36,591 nucleotides of DNA, from NCBI RefSeq assembly GCF_001194135.2, contig NC_068985.1:120269905-120306495 (forward strand). The letters are read 5' to 3'. The notes beneath the pieces were generated by a model that was given only the letters and a program-made list of their open reading frames with translations, was not told the origin of the DNA and made no database searches. A program made the translations under genes and the position numbers. Shown piece after piece: positions 1-10,800 of this stretch (the first letter of the stretch is position 1; each line of letters opens with the position of its first letter). Source of the stretch: Octopus bimaculoides (taxonomy: Eukaryota).

Positions 1-513
1 TGAAACAGTCGTCCAGAAACCTTTTCCAATTTTCTTTTATGTATTGGGAAAGGGTGTTTCCAAAGGTGGATAAAGATTCCTGGTATATTATTATTTCCAA
101 GTAACCCATTGTTAGGTTCGCAATGACTGGAGCTGCCCTAGTGCCCATAGCAATTCCGGATTTTTGTCGGTAGAAAGTATTGTCAAACATGAAGTGGTTG
201 TTTCGTAAGATGAATTCAACCGATTTAGTAATGAATTCTTTACTGATCCTGTTTGGGATTTCTTTCGGGAATTGATCCAGCCAGAATTGAATTGCCTCAA
301 GTTCATAGTTATGAGGTATACTGGTGTATAAATTAATCACGTCAAATGAGACCATGATTGTTTCTTCGTTTACTTCCTTTGGGAGGTGATTTAGCATATC
401 CATGTCATCTCTGTTATAGCTATTGATGTGTTTAAGGAAGGGTTTTAGGAGGATGTCCATAAATAGACTTAGTCTGTGTGTTTCACAGGCTGGGCCAGCT
501 ATGATGGGTCGCA

Positions 514-518
<5 letters not shown>
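1..518 (-). mobile_element. Penelope-like element (PLE) reverse transcriptase fragment, open frame running off the window edge
   Basis: Manual minus-strand translation has no stop for ~172 codons: KLRPIIAGPACETHRLSLFMDILLKPFLKH...MVSFDVINLYTSIPH...FYRQKSGIAMGTRAAPVIANLTMGYLE...WKRFLDDCF. These are the PLE RT motifs (SFDVxxLYTxIP, QxxGxAMG, xxDD). The ORF track missed it because the frame has no stop inside the window. Confidence 0.93.
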
Positions 519-559
<41 letters not shown>

Positions 560-690
560 CACACACAGATAAATGTATGTATACACATCTGTCTATGTAT
601 ATATGTATACACATATTCACACACATATATAGTAGTGTATCCAGAAATGAAGTGTGTGTGTGTGTGTGTGTGTGTATCAAAATGTATAAC
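518..690. repeat. (TA)n / degenerate TA-CA / (TG)n microsatellite block
   Basis: Directly visible dinucleotide runs; they explain ORFs 476..706, 483..692 and 517..699. Confidence 0.95.
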
Positions 691-864
691 AAAAAGCATA
701 GAATAGAGTAACCTGTAAAAGTTGATTGATATTATCCCGATTAAAACAGTTGAATTAGCGCAGCTGGGAATTTAATAATAAATAGTGTTCTTCTATGACG
801 GTTAAATTTGATTGTCATATTTGATGAAAATGTGTGAAAGAATGAGAGACGAGGACACATTAGG

Positions 865-916
865 AGAGAGGGGCGGCAGAGAGCAGAGAGGGGCGGCAGA
901 GAGGAGAGAGAGAGAG

Positions 917-955
<39 letters not shown>
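865..955. repeat. Two copies of AGAGGGGCGGCAGAGA followed by (GA)n(GT)n
   Basis: Directly visible. Confidence 0.85.
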
Positions 956-1671
956 TATAGAGAGAGATGAATCAGTTTCTACACAAGTATTTTGACTTCG
1001 TTTGCATTATCTGTCTGAACATATTTTAATGCTGCTAGAGTTAATTAATGTTCAGGGATTGCTTTATAGAAGAGCGCAAAATTAAAACGTATTCACATTC
1101 CATTGTCCAAATTGCCGCCCGTTGACTATGCATATTAATATCATTAGCAGGAAAATTAAAATGGTTTATCTTGATTTCATGAGAAATAAACTCGGTACAA
1201 CCAGCTTACATAAAGAGGCGGAATGGAAATAAAAATCACTTGCTATTAACTGCGAATTGTCGAATGGCATACTTCTATCAGTATAAATATCTATCAGAAT
1301 GATAGCAAAGCTATTGCCGAAGAATTTTATTAAATATGTAAGCATAATATATCAAATATTGCGATCGGGAGAGACCTAGTTGTATCCAATTTCTTTGCAG
1401 ACATTTTTTTTAATGTGTCTATATTTCTGTGAAGAGGCCATTTACAATGTTTTTCCCTGCTTTGTTTTCAACAAAATGGCCACCGCAGTAAAAGCAGGAA
1501 GTGGTTTTACTTGCAATCGCTGTAGTAGTATTCTGGTGGGAAAAATTAAACGCCATGAAATTTTCTCAAACGTGGAAATAGTCTTTAAAATAAAAACCAG
1601 ACAATGTGACTATTACGGAAATAAACACTGAAGTACAGACATATACAATTATATATTAAGAGTCATACACA

Positions 1672-1736
1672 TAACAACAACAACAACAACAACAACAATA
1701 ATACTGATAATAATAATAATAATGATAATAATAATG

Positions 1737-1793
<57 letters not shown>
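1672..1793. repeat. (CAA)n(TAA)n microsatellite
   Basis: Directly visible; it abuts the 5' break of the first R4/Dong fragment. Confidence 0.95.
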
Positions 1794-1795
<2 letters not shown>

Positions 1796-2047
1796 TGTTA
1801 TCCCAGTAGTTGTGGGGTCACTTCGAGCAGGTTCGAGAAATATGTCGAAGAAAATGAAATTGAGATGAGAGCACAGCAGGCCCAAAAATCTGCTCTATCG
1901 GAGACTGCTAGGATGTTGAGATCGGTGCTTGGGTGACATCCAAGTACCAAAGCTTATACTTTGCGGAAAGAATCAGGTTGTTGTCCAATCTCACAGAATC
2001 AATCATAGAAAGTAAGATAGAGAGCCCTGAGAAGTAAAATAATGATG

Positions 2048-2103
<56 letters not shown>
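1794..2103 (+). mobile_element. R4/Dong-clade non-LTR retrotransposon, 5'-truncated 3' end (RLE C-terminus, 3' UTR, (AAT)n tail) - fragment A
   Basis: Translates with one frameshift to TVIPVVVGSL...KYVEENEIEMRAQQAQKSALSETARMLRSVLG* (stop 1934-1936), matching the 'IPVVIGALG...QKSALLxTARILRxVL' C-terminus of R4/Dong RLE elements. (AAT)n tail at ~2037-2103. Confidence 0.8.
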
Positions 2104-2106
<3 letters not shown>

Positions 2107-3083
2107 GAGATACAAGAACTAAATTGAACAATTTAGACAAAATGAATTGTTCGAAAGAGATCGAAGTAGATTTTACAATGAACTAAATTGAGATTTTACA
2201 GTGAACGTACCGTCCAACAAGGGAGAGACATAAGAATTCCGGAGACTCGAAGTGTAACACAATGGCGATGAAGAGTGGATAAAAAAAGTTAAAGGCAAAT
2301 AACGCAGATTTGTCAAGACAGAGAAACGTAGAGATCACAGGATAAAAGTTAGAAAATGTCTTGAAAGGATGTCAAACTAGAAATATCTTGGACTAGATTT
2401 AGTTCAGAGATTCTGGCTAAAACGTTTCGCTGCATGCCATGACAGAAGAACACAACTAAAGAATTGTTTTGAGAGACAAGATATTCTTGAATGGATGACG
2501 AAAGGTAAGACCGTTCTGAAGAAAGGAAATTTAGTAAGCAACTACCAACCAATAACTTGCCGTGCACTGATATGGGAGTTGCTAGCAGTTGTTACTGCAA
2601 TTAATTAAAGTAGGAAGAAAATGTGCAGGAAAGTGTAATAGAGAACGACTAATACAAGATGATATGGGATTTTAATGTACAGAATGATCGCGAACCGCAT
2701 AACCGGCGACCAGATACTATGGTTCCTGACATTCGGTAAAAAGTGTCATAGATGTGGACATACCTGTGGACAGGAATGTCGCGGTCAAAGAACAGCGGAT
2801 AATAGGAAGATGCCAGGAATTGGCTTGCGAAATACGATGACTGTGGAAGGATTCTACGAAAGTAATCCTAGTTCCTAGCGGTGCCCTAGGTACCGTCACC
2901 AGCAGACTTAACAACTCTCTTATGAGAATGGTGTAACCACAAGAATTGCAATGATTCAGAAATCTGTTCTATTGGCACCAACAACAACAACAACTGCAAG
3001 AAAGGTACTGGATAACTCAGGAGACTGGTTGTGACCCGGTATAAAGGAGACTGATTCCAAATATAGAATATTCGTGCACACAA
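2104..3083 (+). mobile_element. R4/Dong-clade element with a large internal deletion - fragment B
   Basis: Degenerate translation: RYKN*IEQFRQNELFERDRSRFYNELN...FWLKRF...EWMTKGKTVLKKGNLVSNYQPITC...IWELL, then at ~2600-2610 directly KMIWDFNVQND...RRPD...VIDVDIPVDRNVAVKE...LW...GALGTV...IQKSVLL...RKVLD (RLE domain), then 3' UTR. Confidence 0.8.
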
Positions 3084-3296
<213 letters not shown>

Positions 3297-3375
3297 TGTA
3301 CATATTTTGTCTTGGTAATAACAACAAATATTTTGCTCAGTACCACAGATTTACTTGTCAGTTGATTGATGTTAA
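3297..3375 (-). mobile_element. 3' piece of unclassified interspersed repeat 'X'
   Basis: Reverse complement (caactgacaagtaaatctgtggtactgagcaaaatatttgttg...accaagacaaaatatgtacat) matches 28345-28420 and 28912-28952. Confidence 0.75.
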
Positions 3376-3429
3376 GTACGGCCTGGATGACAAAAGGAAG
3401 AGCGGTACTATGTCAGAAGGACCCAAGTA

Positions 3430-5082
3430 AAAGGAATGCGTTTGGAAATTTCCGACCAATACTTTGTTTGCCACTGATGTGAAAACTGATGATAGGCTTT
3501 AGATCAAACACCATCTTTAAGTACCTAAATGTGCACGATCTACTACCAATAGAACAAGAAGGGTGTAGACATAAGAGCAGAGGAAGGAAGGATCAATTAG
3601 TAATCGATAAAATTATCCTGGCTGATTGCAAGACAAGACGCAAAAATTTGGCGATGGCATGGGTGGACTACAGAAAAGCATATGACATGGTCTCAGACTC
3701 ATGGATTATTGAAGGCCTTAAACTGGTTAAGGTTTCATACAATATCATGGAGCAAATAGAAAAACCCTATGACAACGTGGCGAACTGAACTCACAACATG
3801 AGGAGATTAGCTGGGAGAGGTAAATATCAAAAGAGGAATCTTTCAAGGGGACAGTCTGTCGCCTCTCCTATTTGTTGCCTGCATAATCCCACAATCAGCG
3901 TTTTAAGAAAGATGCGTGTGTGGTACATGGTAGGCAGGGTAAAAGTAAAGAACCTGTGATTTATGGATGACCTAAAGCTATTCGCTAAGATTGAGAGAGA
4001 AATTGAGAATTATACGGCGACTGTACAGATGATAAGCAAAGATATTGGCATGGAATTTGGGATCGAGAAATGTGGTATAATGATTCTCAAAAGGCGAAAA
4101 TCACTAAAAGCCATGGGATCAAGCTGGAAAGTGGTGAAGCTATAAAGGAAGTCGGAGAGGAAGGATATAAGTACCTGGGTATCATTGAAAGAGATAAGAT
4201 GAGTGAACACAAGATGAAAGAAATGTTTAGGAAAGAATATTTGAGGAAAACTTGCTCGTGCTCCAATCGAAGCTAAATTGCCGCTATAAGATTAGAGCAA
4301 TTAACACGTGGGCTGTTGCTTGGATGAAATATTGGACAGGAATGGTATCTTGGAAGAGACAAGAATTTCAAGAGATAGACCGGAGACACGTAAATTAATG
4401 ACAATGAACAAGAAACTGCACCCTAATAGTGATGTGTCAAGACTGTATGTAAAGAGGAGGGTGGGAGGACAGGGATTAGTGTGTTGTGAAGGCTGTGTAA
4501 GGGAAGAGGAGAATAGCCTGGCTTGGTACGTCGAGGGGAGTAAAGGAGAAAGTATTGAAGCAGTGAAAATTCAGGGAAACTTAAAAGTGAACGAAGCCAT
4601 TGATCCAACACAATTTAAGAAAGACCAGAGAGAGCAGATGAAGATAATTCGGCAGGACAAGAAAATACACAGTTAGTTCTTGAAGAATAAAGATGAGATT
4701 CATTGGAATAGAACCTGGCGATGGCTGCAGAAAGGAGACTTAAAAGGGCCCACTGAATCATTAGTGTGCAGCGCTCAAGAACAAGCTCTCAGAACAAATA
4801 ATTCCAAATATCACATTGATAAAAGCACCGACTCGTTACAGTTTGGGATGGGCTCTGAGAAGGGAGAAAGTATAAGCCATATTGATAGTGAGCGCTATAA
4901 GCTCGCACAACGCGAATGTAAAAAGAGATACGACAATGAGACCACATATGTCCAGTGGCTGTCGTGCGGTAAAGCAAACTTCGAAAGAGCCGGACAAGAC
5001 AGACGGAGTAAAAGAAAACGAACATTACGGAAAACTCTTGGATTTTAACATGCGTTGTGACCAAGTCATAGAGGCGAAGTTA
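3430..5082 (+). mobile_element. R4/Dong-clade RT, zinc-knuckle and start of RLE, degenerate - fragment C
   Basis: EQEGCRHKSRGRKDQLVIDK, AMAWVDYRKAYDMV, IKRGIFQGDSLSPLLF, FMDDLKLFAK (3960-), DIGMEFGIEKC, YKYLGIIE, LYVKRRVGGQGL, TESLVCSAQEQALRT...ESISHI..., (W)DFNMRCDQVIEA. Many frameshifts and stops. Confidence 0.9.
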
Positions 5083-5205
5083 CCATGTCGTGTACATCTG
5101 GTTGTGATCTATGTGCCTGGTATATCCCTATCAGACGAGTAGTCATGATAGGTATATTGGGCTTTGCATATTCTACCCCAGTGTCACTTTGATGACATGC
5201 ACTGA
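5083..5205 (-). mobile_element. 5' piece of unclassified repeat 'X'
   Basis: Reverse complement (cactggggtagaatatgcaaagcccaatatacctatcatgactactcgtctgatagggatataccaggcac...cacaacc) matches 28533-28635. Confidence 0.8.
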
Positions 5206-5208
5206 TTG

Positions 5209-5455
5209 CCGCATTCGTGGATTTGGAAACGCTCGAGATGAGTGGAATAGCTGAGGACGTGTAGCACCGCATGCTTAGTTGGAAAACGCATCTTTCCTGT
5301 AACAACCAGCACTTACAATCCACCAGCACTTACAATCGAGGTAACATTCAAAAGGGGTATCTTCCAAAGAGACTCTTGTTCACCTCTGTTATTTGTTATA
5401 GCCCTGCTCCCTCTTTCTGTAGCCCTACGTAAAATCAACGTGCACTATAAGCTGA
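5209..5455 (+). mobile_element. R4/Dong-clade RT fragment D
   Basis: PHSWI/ETLEMSGIAEDV...SWKT...EVTFKRGIFQRDSCSPLLFVIALLPLSVALRK; contains a short tandem duplication (accagcacttacaatc x2). Confidence 0.75.
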
Positions 5456-5496
5456 GAAAGAGCGGACCTCGTCTCTACCTTTTTTCATGGATGAGT

Positions 5497-5945
5497 TAAC
5501 GAGATACTCTCATGAAATGTAACCAACTCAAGTTTATTTTTCAACATAGCTCTCCTTGCAGTTCACACTTTTCTTCCATCCGTCTCGCACTGCTTGGATC
5601 CAATTTGTGAAGAAGCTTTCCCCCTGTTGCTCATAGAAAGTCATTAATAGTAGATATGACGTCATCAGCACTGCGATATTGGTTTCCAGCCAAATGGCTT
5701 CTCGTTGATAGTCCGATGGAGGCCAAATCAGGAGAATAGGAAGGGTGATCAACTATTTCAAAGCCACAGTCACGCACAACAGCCATTGAAAGCAAGGGCT
5801 TGTGTGCTGGAGCCTTGTCCTGATGAAAGAAGACTCCTTTCGTCAGTTTTTCTGGATTTTAGGTCTTGATAGCCTTTCGTATTTACCTCAGTAAGTTGGC
5901 ATTAATGGTGTAGCCCTTTTGAAGATAGTAATTAAACAAAATGCA
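5497..5945 (-). mobile_element. mariner (DD34D) transposase C-terminal remnant
   Basis: Minus strand: YLQKGYTINANLLR*IRKAIK...KLTKGVFFHQDKAPAHKPLLSMAVVRDCGFEIVDHPSYSPDLA/PSDY...FFTNWI...WKKSVNCKESYVEK*. HxDNAPAH and YSPDLAPSD are mariner signatures. Confidence 0.9.
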
Positions 5946-5987
5946 GAAAATTTAAGGCCATTACCTTCCCTGAAGACGAAATGACTT

Positions 5988-6250
5988 CTTTATCTTTTAC
6001 TTGTTTCAAGCATTAGACTTCAGACATGCTACAGCACCGCCTTGGAGTATTTTTTAGTCGAATGATTCGTACCTAGGTCTTGTGTTCTTAGCGCTTGGTA
6101 CTTACTCCATCATTCTTTTTTGCCGATTCGCTAGTTAATGGGGACGTAAACACACCAGCACCGGTGCGGTAGTGTGGGATAAACGCTGACACAAACACCG
6201 GTTTTCAAGCAGTGATGAGGGACAAACGCTGACACGGACACACACACACA
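5988..6250 (-). mobile_element. Second SINE-like family (GT-rich head, ...gaaacaagtaaaaga tail) with an internal duplication
   Basis: Shares cttgtt..agtcatt..gact..catgc..agca.cgcctt with 19030-19080; resembles a repeat I recall as abundant in Octopus (not verified). Confidence 0.6.
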
Positions 6251-6257
6251 TTTATGG

Positions 6258-6287
6258 GTATATATATATATATATATNNNNNNNNNN

Positions 6288-6319
<32 letters not shown>

Positions 6320-7098
6320 ACATACATACACATACACATATATACATACATATAGACAAATATACACACGTTAATACATACATACATATATATATATATA
6401 TTTATAAATTAATGTGTATATATACATACATACATACATACATACATACATACATACATACATACATACATACATACACATAACCACATATGTTTATGCG
6501 TGTATCTATGTATGTACTCATATTCTAAACATTGTATATCGGATGAAGAGCTATCATTTCACCTTACACTTAGGACTTCTGTATCCGTTAATAGATGTAT
6601 TTTCACTTATTTTCATTCAGTTTCCTGTCAAGTCTTTATTGCAAATTGGTTTATATGGTTAAAGGGAGTCTGAAGTTTTGTCATCTGTCATCCAACAAAA
6701 GCAAAACAATGTGTCACATATATATATAGCTTCTCTATTGTCATTTAATGTTTAAATAAGAGTGATATTTCTTGTCTAGAGAGACAATTTAAAGAAATCG
6801 GATGACAATGAACACGTATAATTGTTCTTACACTATAACCTTACCTCGCCTCACACCTTGACTTTCAATCACACACACACTGCGAAATTGCGCACATATA
6901 AATACAGGTGCAATTTTATGCATATATGTGTGTGTATGTGAGTGTGCGCGCGCCTGTGTGTATATGTGTGTGCGCATGTGTGTATGTGTATGTGTATGTA
7001 TGCGTATGCGCTTATTTATGTATGCATTTATGTAGTTATATGAGAGAGTTATACAGAAGAACACAAATAATGGTTGTAGCGACAGACAGACAGACAGG

Positions 7099-7144
<46 letters not shown>

Positions 7145-7383
7145 CTGTCAGGATTCTCTGAAGATTAAAAAAGCAACTCAAAACAATGAAAATAAATTGG
7201 TAAATTTTCTTAGTTAACAATCCGTGACGTTGTTTNNNNNNNNNNNNNNNNNNNNNNNNNNNNNNNNNNNNNNNNNNNNNNNNNNNNNNNNNNNNNNNNN
7301 NNNNNNNNNNNNNNNNNNNNNNNNNNNNNNNNNNNNNNNNNNNNNNNNNNNNNNNNNNNATTTATATGTCTATATATATATAT

Positions 7384-7430
<47 letters not shown>

Positions 7431-7549
7431 TAGATATAGATATAGATATAGATATTGATATAGATATATGTACGTATGTATGTATGTATATATATGTATA
7501 TATAATTGAAAAACTATTATGTTCTTAACAGGATATACCATAACTGTAA

Positions 7550-7641
<92 letters not shown>

Positions 7642-7660
7642 CTCACACATATATATATAT
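6258..7660. repeat. Microsatellite-dense zone: (TA)n, (GA)n, (TACA)n, degenerate (TG)n, (GATA)n, (CA)n, with two N-gaps
   Basis: Directly visible; interrupted by unique AT-rich sequence at ~6500-6900. Confidence 0.85.
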
Positions 7661-7989
7661 ATTATGTGTGTTTGTATACCTATGTATGTACCTTGCCTGG
7701 ATGAAGTGGCATTGCGGGTTAATTGTTCGATTTACGATTTGCAGAGAGCTAAGACAGTAGTGGAAACCTAGCATAGTACTTATAGAAAGTGAGTGGTTGT
7801 GTTTGTAATAAATGGGACCGACGTAGAGTTTATAGAATTATGGGCTATGTCTTCATTTATAAACCCATTATCACTTTCCAATAACCATGGAGCGTATATT
7901 TTTTCACTCTACAGTTACATAAATTGTTGTGGGCTTTTGGTACAGAAAACTTTCTAGACACAGGTAGGTTGCAGAATATTTATCAACGT

Positions 7990-8118
7990 GAATGGCGGAA
8001 TCGCTACACTGTCGGGCAAAACGCTTAGCGACATTCTTTTGGCTTTACTTTTTCATTCCAAATGCAACCGCGGTTGACATTACCTATTATCCTTTCGGGG
8101 TCAATGAAGCAAGTTCCA
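7990..8118 (+). mobile_element. Degenerate tRNA-derived SINE (family 1)
   Basis: tggcggaatcgctacac...cgcttagcg...tcctttcggggtcaatg aligns to the 27410-27665 copy. Confidence 0.6.
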
Positions 8119-8158
8119 TTTGAGCATTGAGTTCATGTAATCGGCGAGTCTCTGCCAC

Positions 8159-8191
<33 letters not shown>

Positions 8192-8794
8192 GACTTTTGC
8201 CTTTTGAAGAAAGGGTTGTATCATTATCAAGATTATTGTAGTAGTCATTGTTGATATTAAATTCCCTTGCATCCCTTCAGTTAATAATCTATATTATTAC
8301 ATCTAACATATATAGAAGGACAAATCTATAACTTTTGGTTTGTTTCGAATAATTATCATACTTTTTGAATTTAGAACGATTAGTTGTTGCTATAATAGTC
8401 ACCAAATTAGAGTTGGCAGAATAAAAAAAATCAACAGTTTTGATGTTGTGGAGGAAAATTGTCCTTAAGAAATTTACTGAATTTACTGCGATTTTTGTTT
8501 AGAAAAGCCTTGTAAATGGAATGTTATGTGTGTACATATGGAAAAAGGTCCTTTACATAGGTACATGAAACATCAGGCCTTTACATGAAACATCAGTATT
8601 TTTCTCAACAAGTCGGACAACAAATGCTTTTCCATATTTGTTCCGTTCCACGCTCTGAATTCAAATGTCGTCGCAGCGAACTTTTTTATCTCTTCGGTAC
8701 CCATGAAAAAAAAAAAAATAGAGTCCAGCAAATTGGATCGGCGGAACTGTTACTGCGTTGATCTGGATTTCTCATGATTATTTGTTTCAGCTGT

Positions 8795-8860
8795 TTGAGT
8801 TCTGTGATTAAGTGTTGCCGAGGTCAATTTCACCTTTTACCCTTTCGAAGTAAATGAAAT
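8795..8860 (+). mobile_element. SINE family 1 core fragment
   Basis: gccgaggtcaatttcaccttttaccctttcgaagt versus gccgaggtcgactttagtttccatcctttcgaggtc in the 27.5-kb copy. Confidence 0.5.
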
Positions 8861-10195
8861 GACGTGTTAAGGTCATCTCAACAGATTTTCTATAGAAATG
8901 AATTGCCACTTCCGTGGTGCGGTGTAATTGTTAGAGTTTCCGACAAGATATCTTTTGCCATTTATTCAAACCCTGTGTATTAAGAGTCCCTGTGTCTTCG
9001 CTTTAACCAGCCACCCTTTTTAAAATTACCCCGTTGCCTTTAAGAACATCTAGTAGAACATTTTTATTGCAAGAATTCGAGCAAGGACCCTTTAATGAAT
9101 TTAACTTCCTTCTCTTACCGATTTCGCAGGCCCTGGTATATAGGTCCTGAAAACTACCCTTCCTTTCCTATCAAAGCAGTATGTATATAAAAATAACACT
9201 TATTGAAAGTTTCTTTCCGTGGCATATGCCACATGGACGTATTTCCTGTCCCTGAGTCAACGAGGAGACCGCCATCATCTGGTTGTTCCGAATGGTAGAA
9301 ATAGTACCAAATGCATTCAAGTTACACCCATTCATCTTCCAAATGTTATTCCTATAATACGATCTTGAGTGCCTTACATAGAGAAAAAGATGAGATGGTC
9401 ACTGCTGGAATGCCTTTGATCACGTGTTCTCAAATGGGTTAACACGGGACTGGGAAAAAAACTATACACAAACATACCTAATTTTACCCGTAATCTATAC
9501 GAGAACATAAATTTTAAGAAGTATCTCCTTCTTTTCTCAGCATGCTACCTCATCTTAACTAAGGCGCATCTGCCAAAGGGCCAATCTGCTACGCATCATG
9601 TTTTCTTATATTATCCATCGAAACCAAATGTATCAGTATTTATAAACACCCTTACATTTTACATCAAAATTAGATCTCCGAAGAATAGAAGAGGAGATGT
9701 TCAGAACCCCAGAGAAATATTTTTTTAATCCTTTCGATATTTAGTTGCGTTGGCTGGATTTGACATCGTCTTTCCCTGGTAGAGAGGAAAATGTATTAGT
9801 AAATTAACAGGAGCCAATATAATCCAATGTTCCATCCTATAAAATTCTAACCATGTATGTTTATTAGAAATACATAATTATTACATCGTAGTCATTACAT
9901 CAGTTTTTGAAATGAAGCGATGTACAGTAAGTTATAATTATTTAATGAATTATGTATGTCCTATTCAATGTATTAAAATAACGGCATGTGAAGGCTGGGC
10001 TTTCATAATTCTACTTGATGCAAATTTGAAAAATTGTAGTCAATGCAAGACACCAACGATGATAGAGGAGAGATGTTTTTAGTGCATGAAACAATCCGAT
10101 GAATCACTAAGGACACTTAATGGAGGTTTGAAAAAGAAGTCATGCAAATGTAGCTACAAGCACTCGCGCGCGCATATCTACACACAGTATGTGTT

Positions 10196-10212
10196 ATATA
10201 TATATATATATA

Positions 10213-10285
<73 letters not shown>
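10196..10285. repeat. (TA)n microsatellite
   Basis: Directly visible. Confidence 0.95.
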
Positions 10286-10289
<4 letters not shown>

Positions 10290-10599
10290 TATCGAACACA
10301 CATACTGAATGTATGTGCCTTATTTGGTCGCTGCTAGTCTGCGATTTGACACGGACGAGATGACTCTAAGAAAGCGCCGGGTGTTAAAACATCTGAAAGT
10401 CATAGACACACGAGGCGACTCACCCCAAATCCTATCCAGGAAAGATGGATATCAATACTTCGCCATTTTTGAGGCTTATCTACATCACGTACCTGAAGCG
10501 ATTTGCAGGGTAACATGAACAGAGCGAGCCGGAAGAGATTCTGGAAAGAATTTCTTTGCCTCGCGCTAACAGTCCTGCCAGATCGTCGCCTTGGGTGGT

Positions 10600-10734
10600 G
10601 ATGATGAAGATGATGACTTTGGGATTGAGGGTAATGGATGTGACGGTATCAACTGCAACGGAGAGCCAGACAATGACGACGACGATGACGATGGTGGTGA
10701 TGATAATGATGATGATGATCGTCATCGTCATCGT

Positions 10735-10772
<38 letters not shown>

Positions 10773-10800
10773 GCATCGTCAGGATCGTCATTGTCTCCTG
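10600..10800. repeat. Compound (GAT/GAC)n-(CGT)n-(CGG)n trinucleotide tract with internal inverted symmetry
   Basis: Directly visible; see findings. Confidence 0.85.

Noticed and set aside
1380-1631. 83-aa ORF and nearby YY1/ETS-like words
   Set aside because: Non-ATG start, no domain, and the motifs are too short to support a promoter call.
6845-6879. 35-nt minus-strand exon candidate (cgcag|...gag|gtaagg)
   Set aside because: Weak polypyrimidine tract, it starts in a TG repeat, it is not frame-preserving, and nothing else supports it.
8908-9000. Possible degenerate tRNA-like SINE head
   Set aside because: Only vague A/B-box resemblance, with no second copy in the window.
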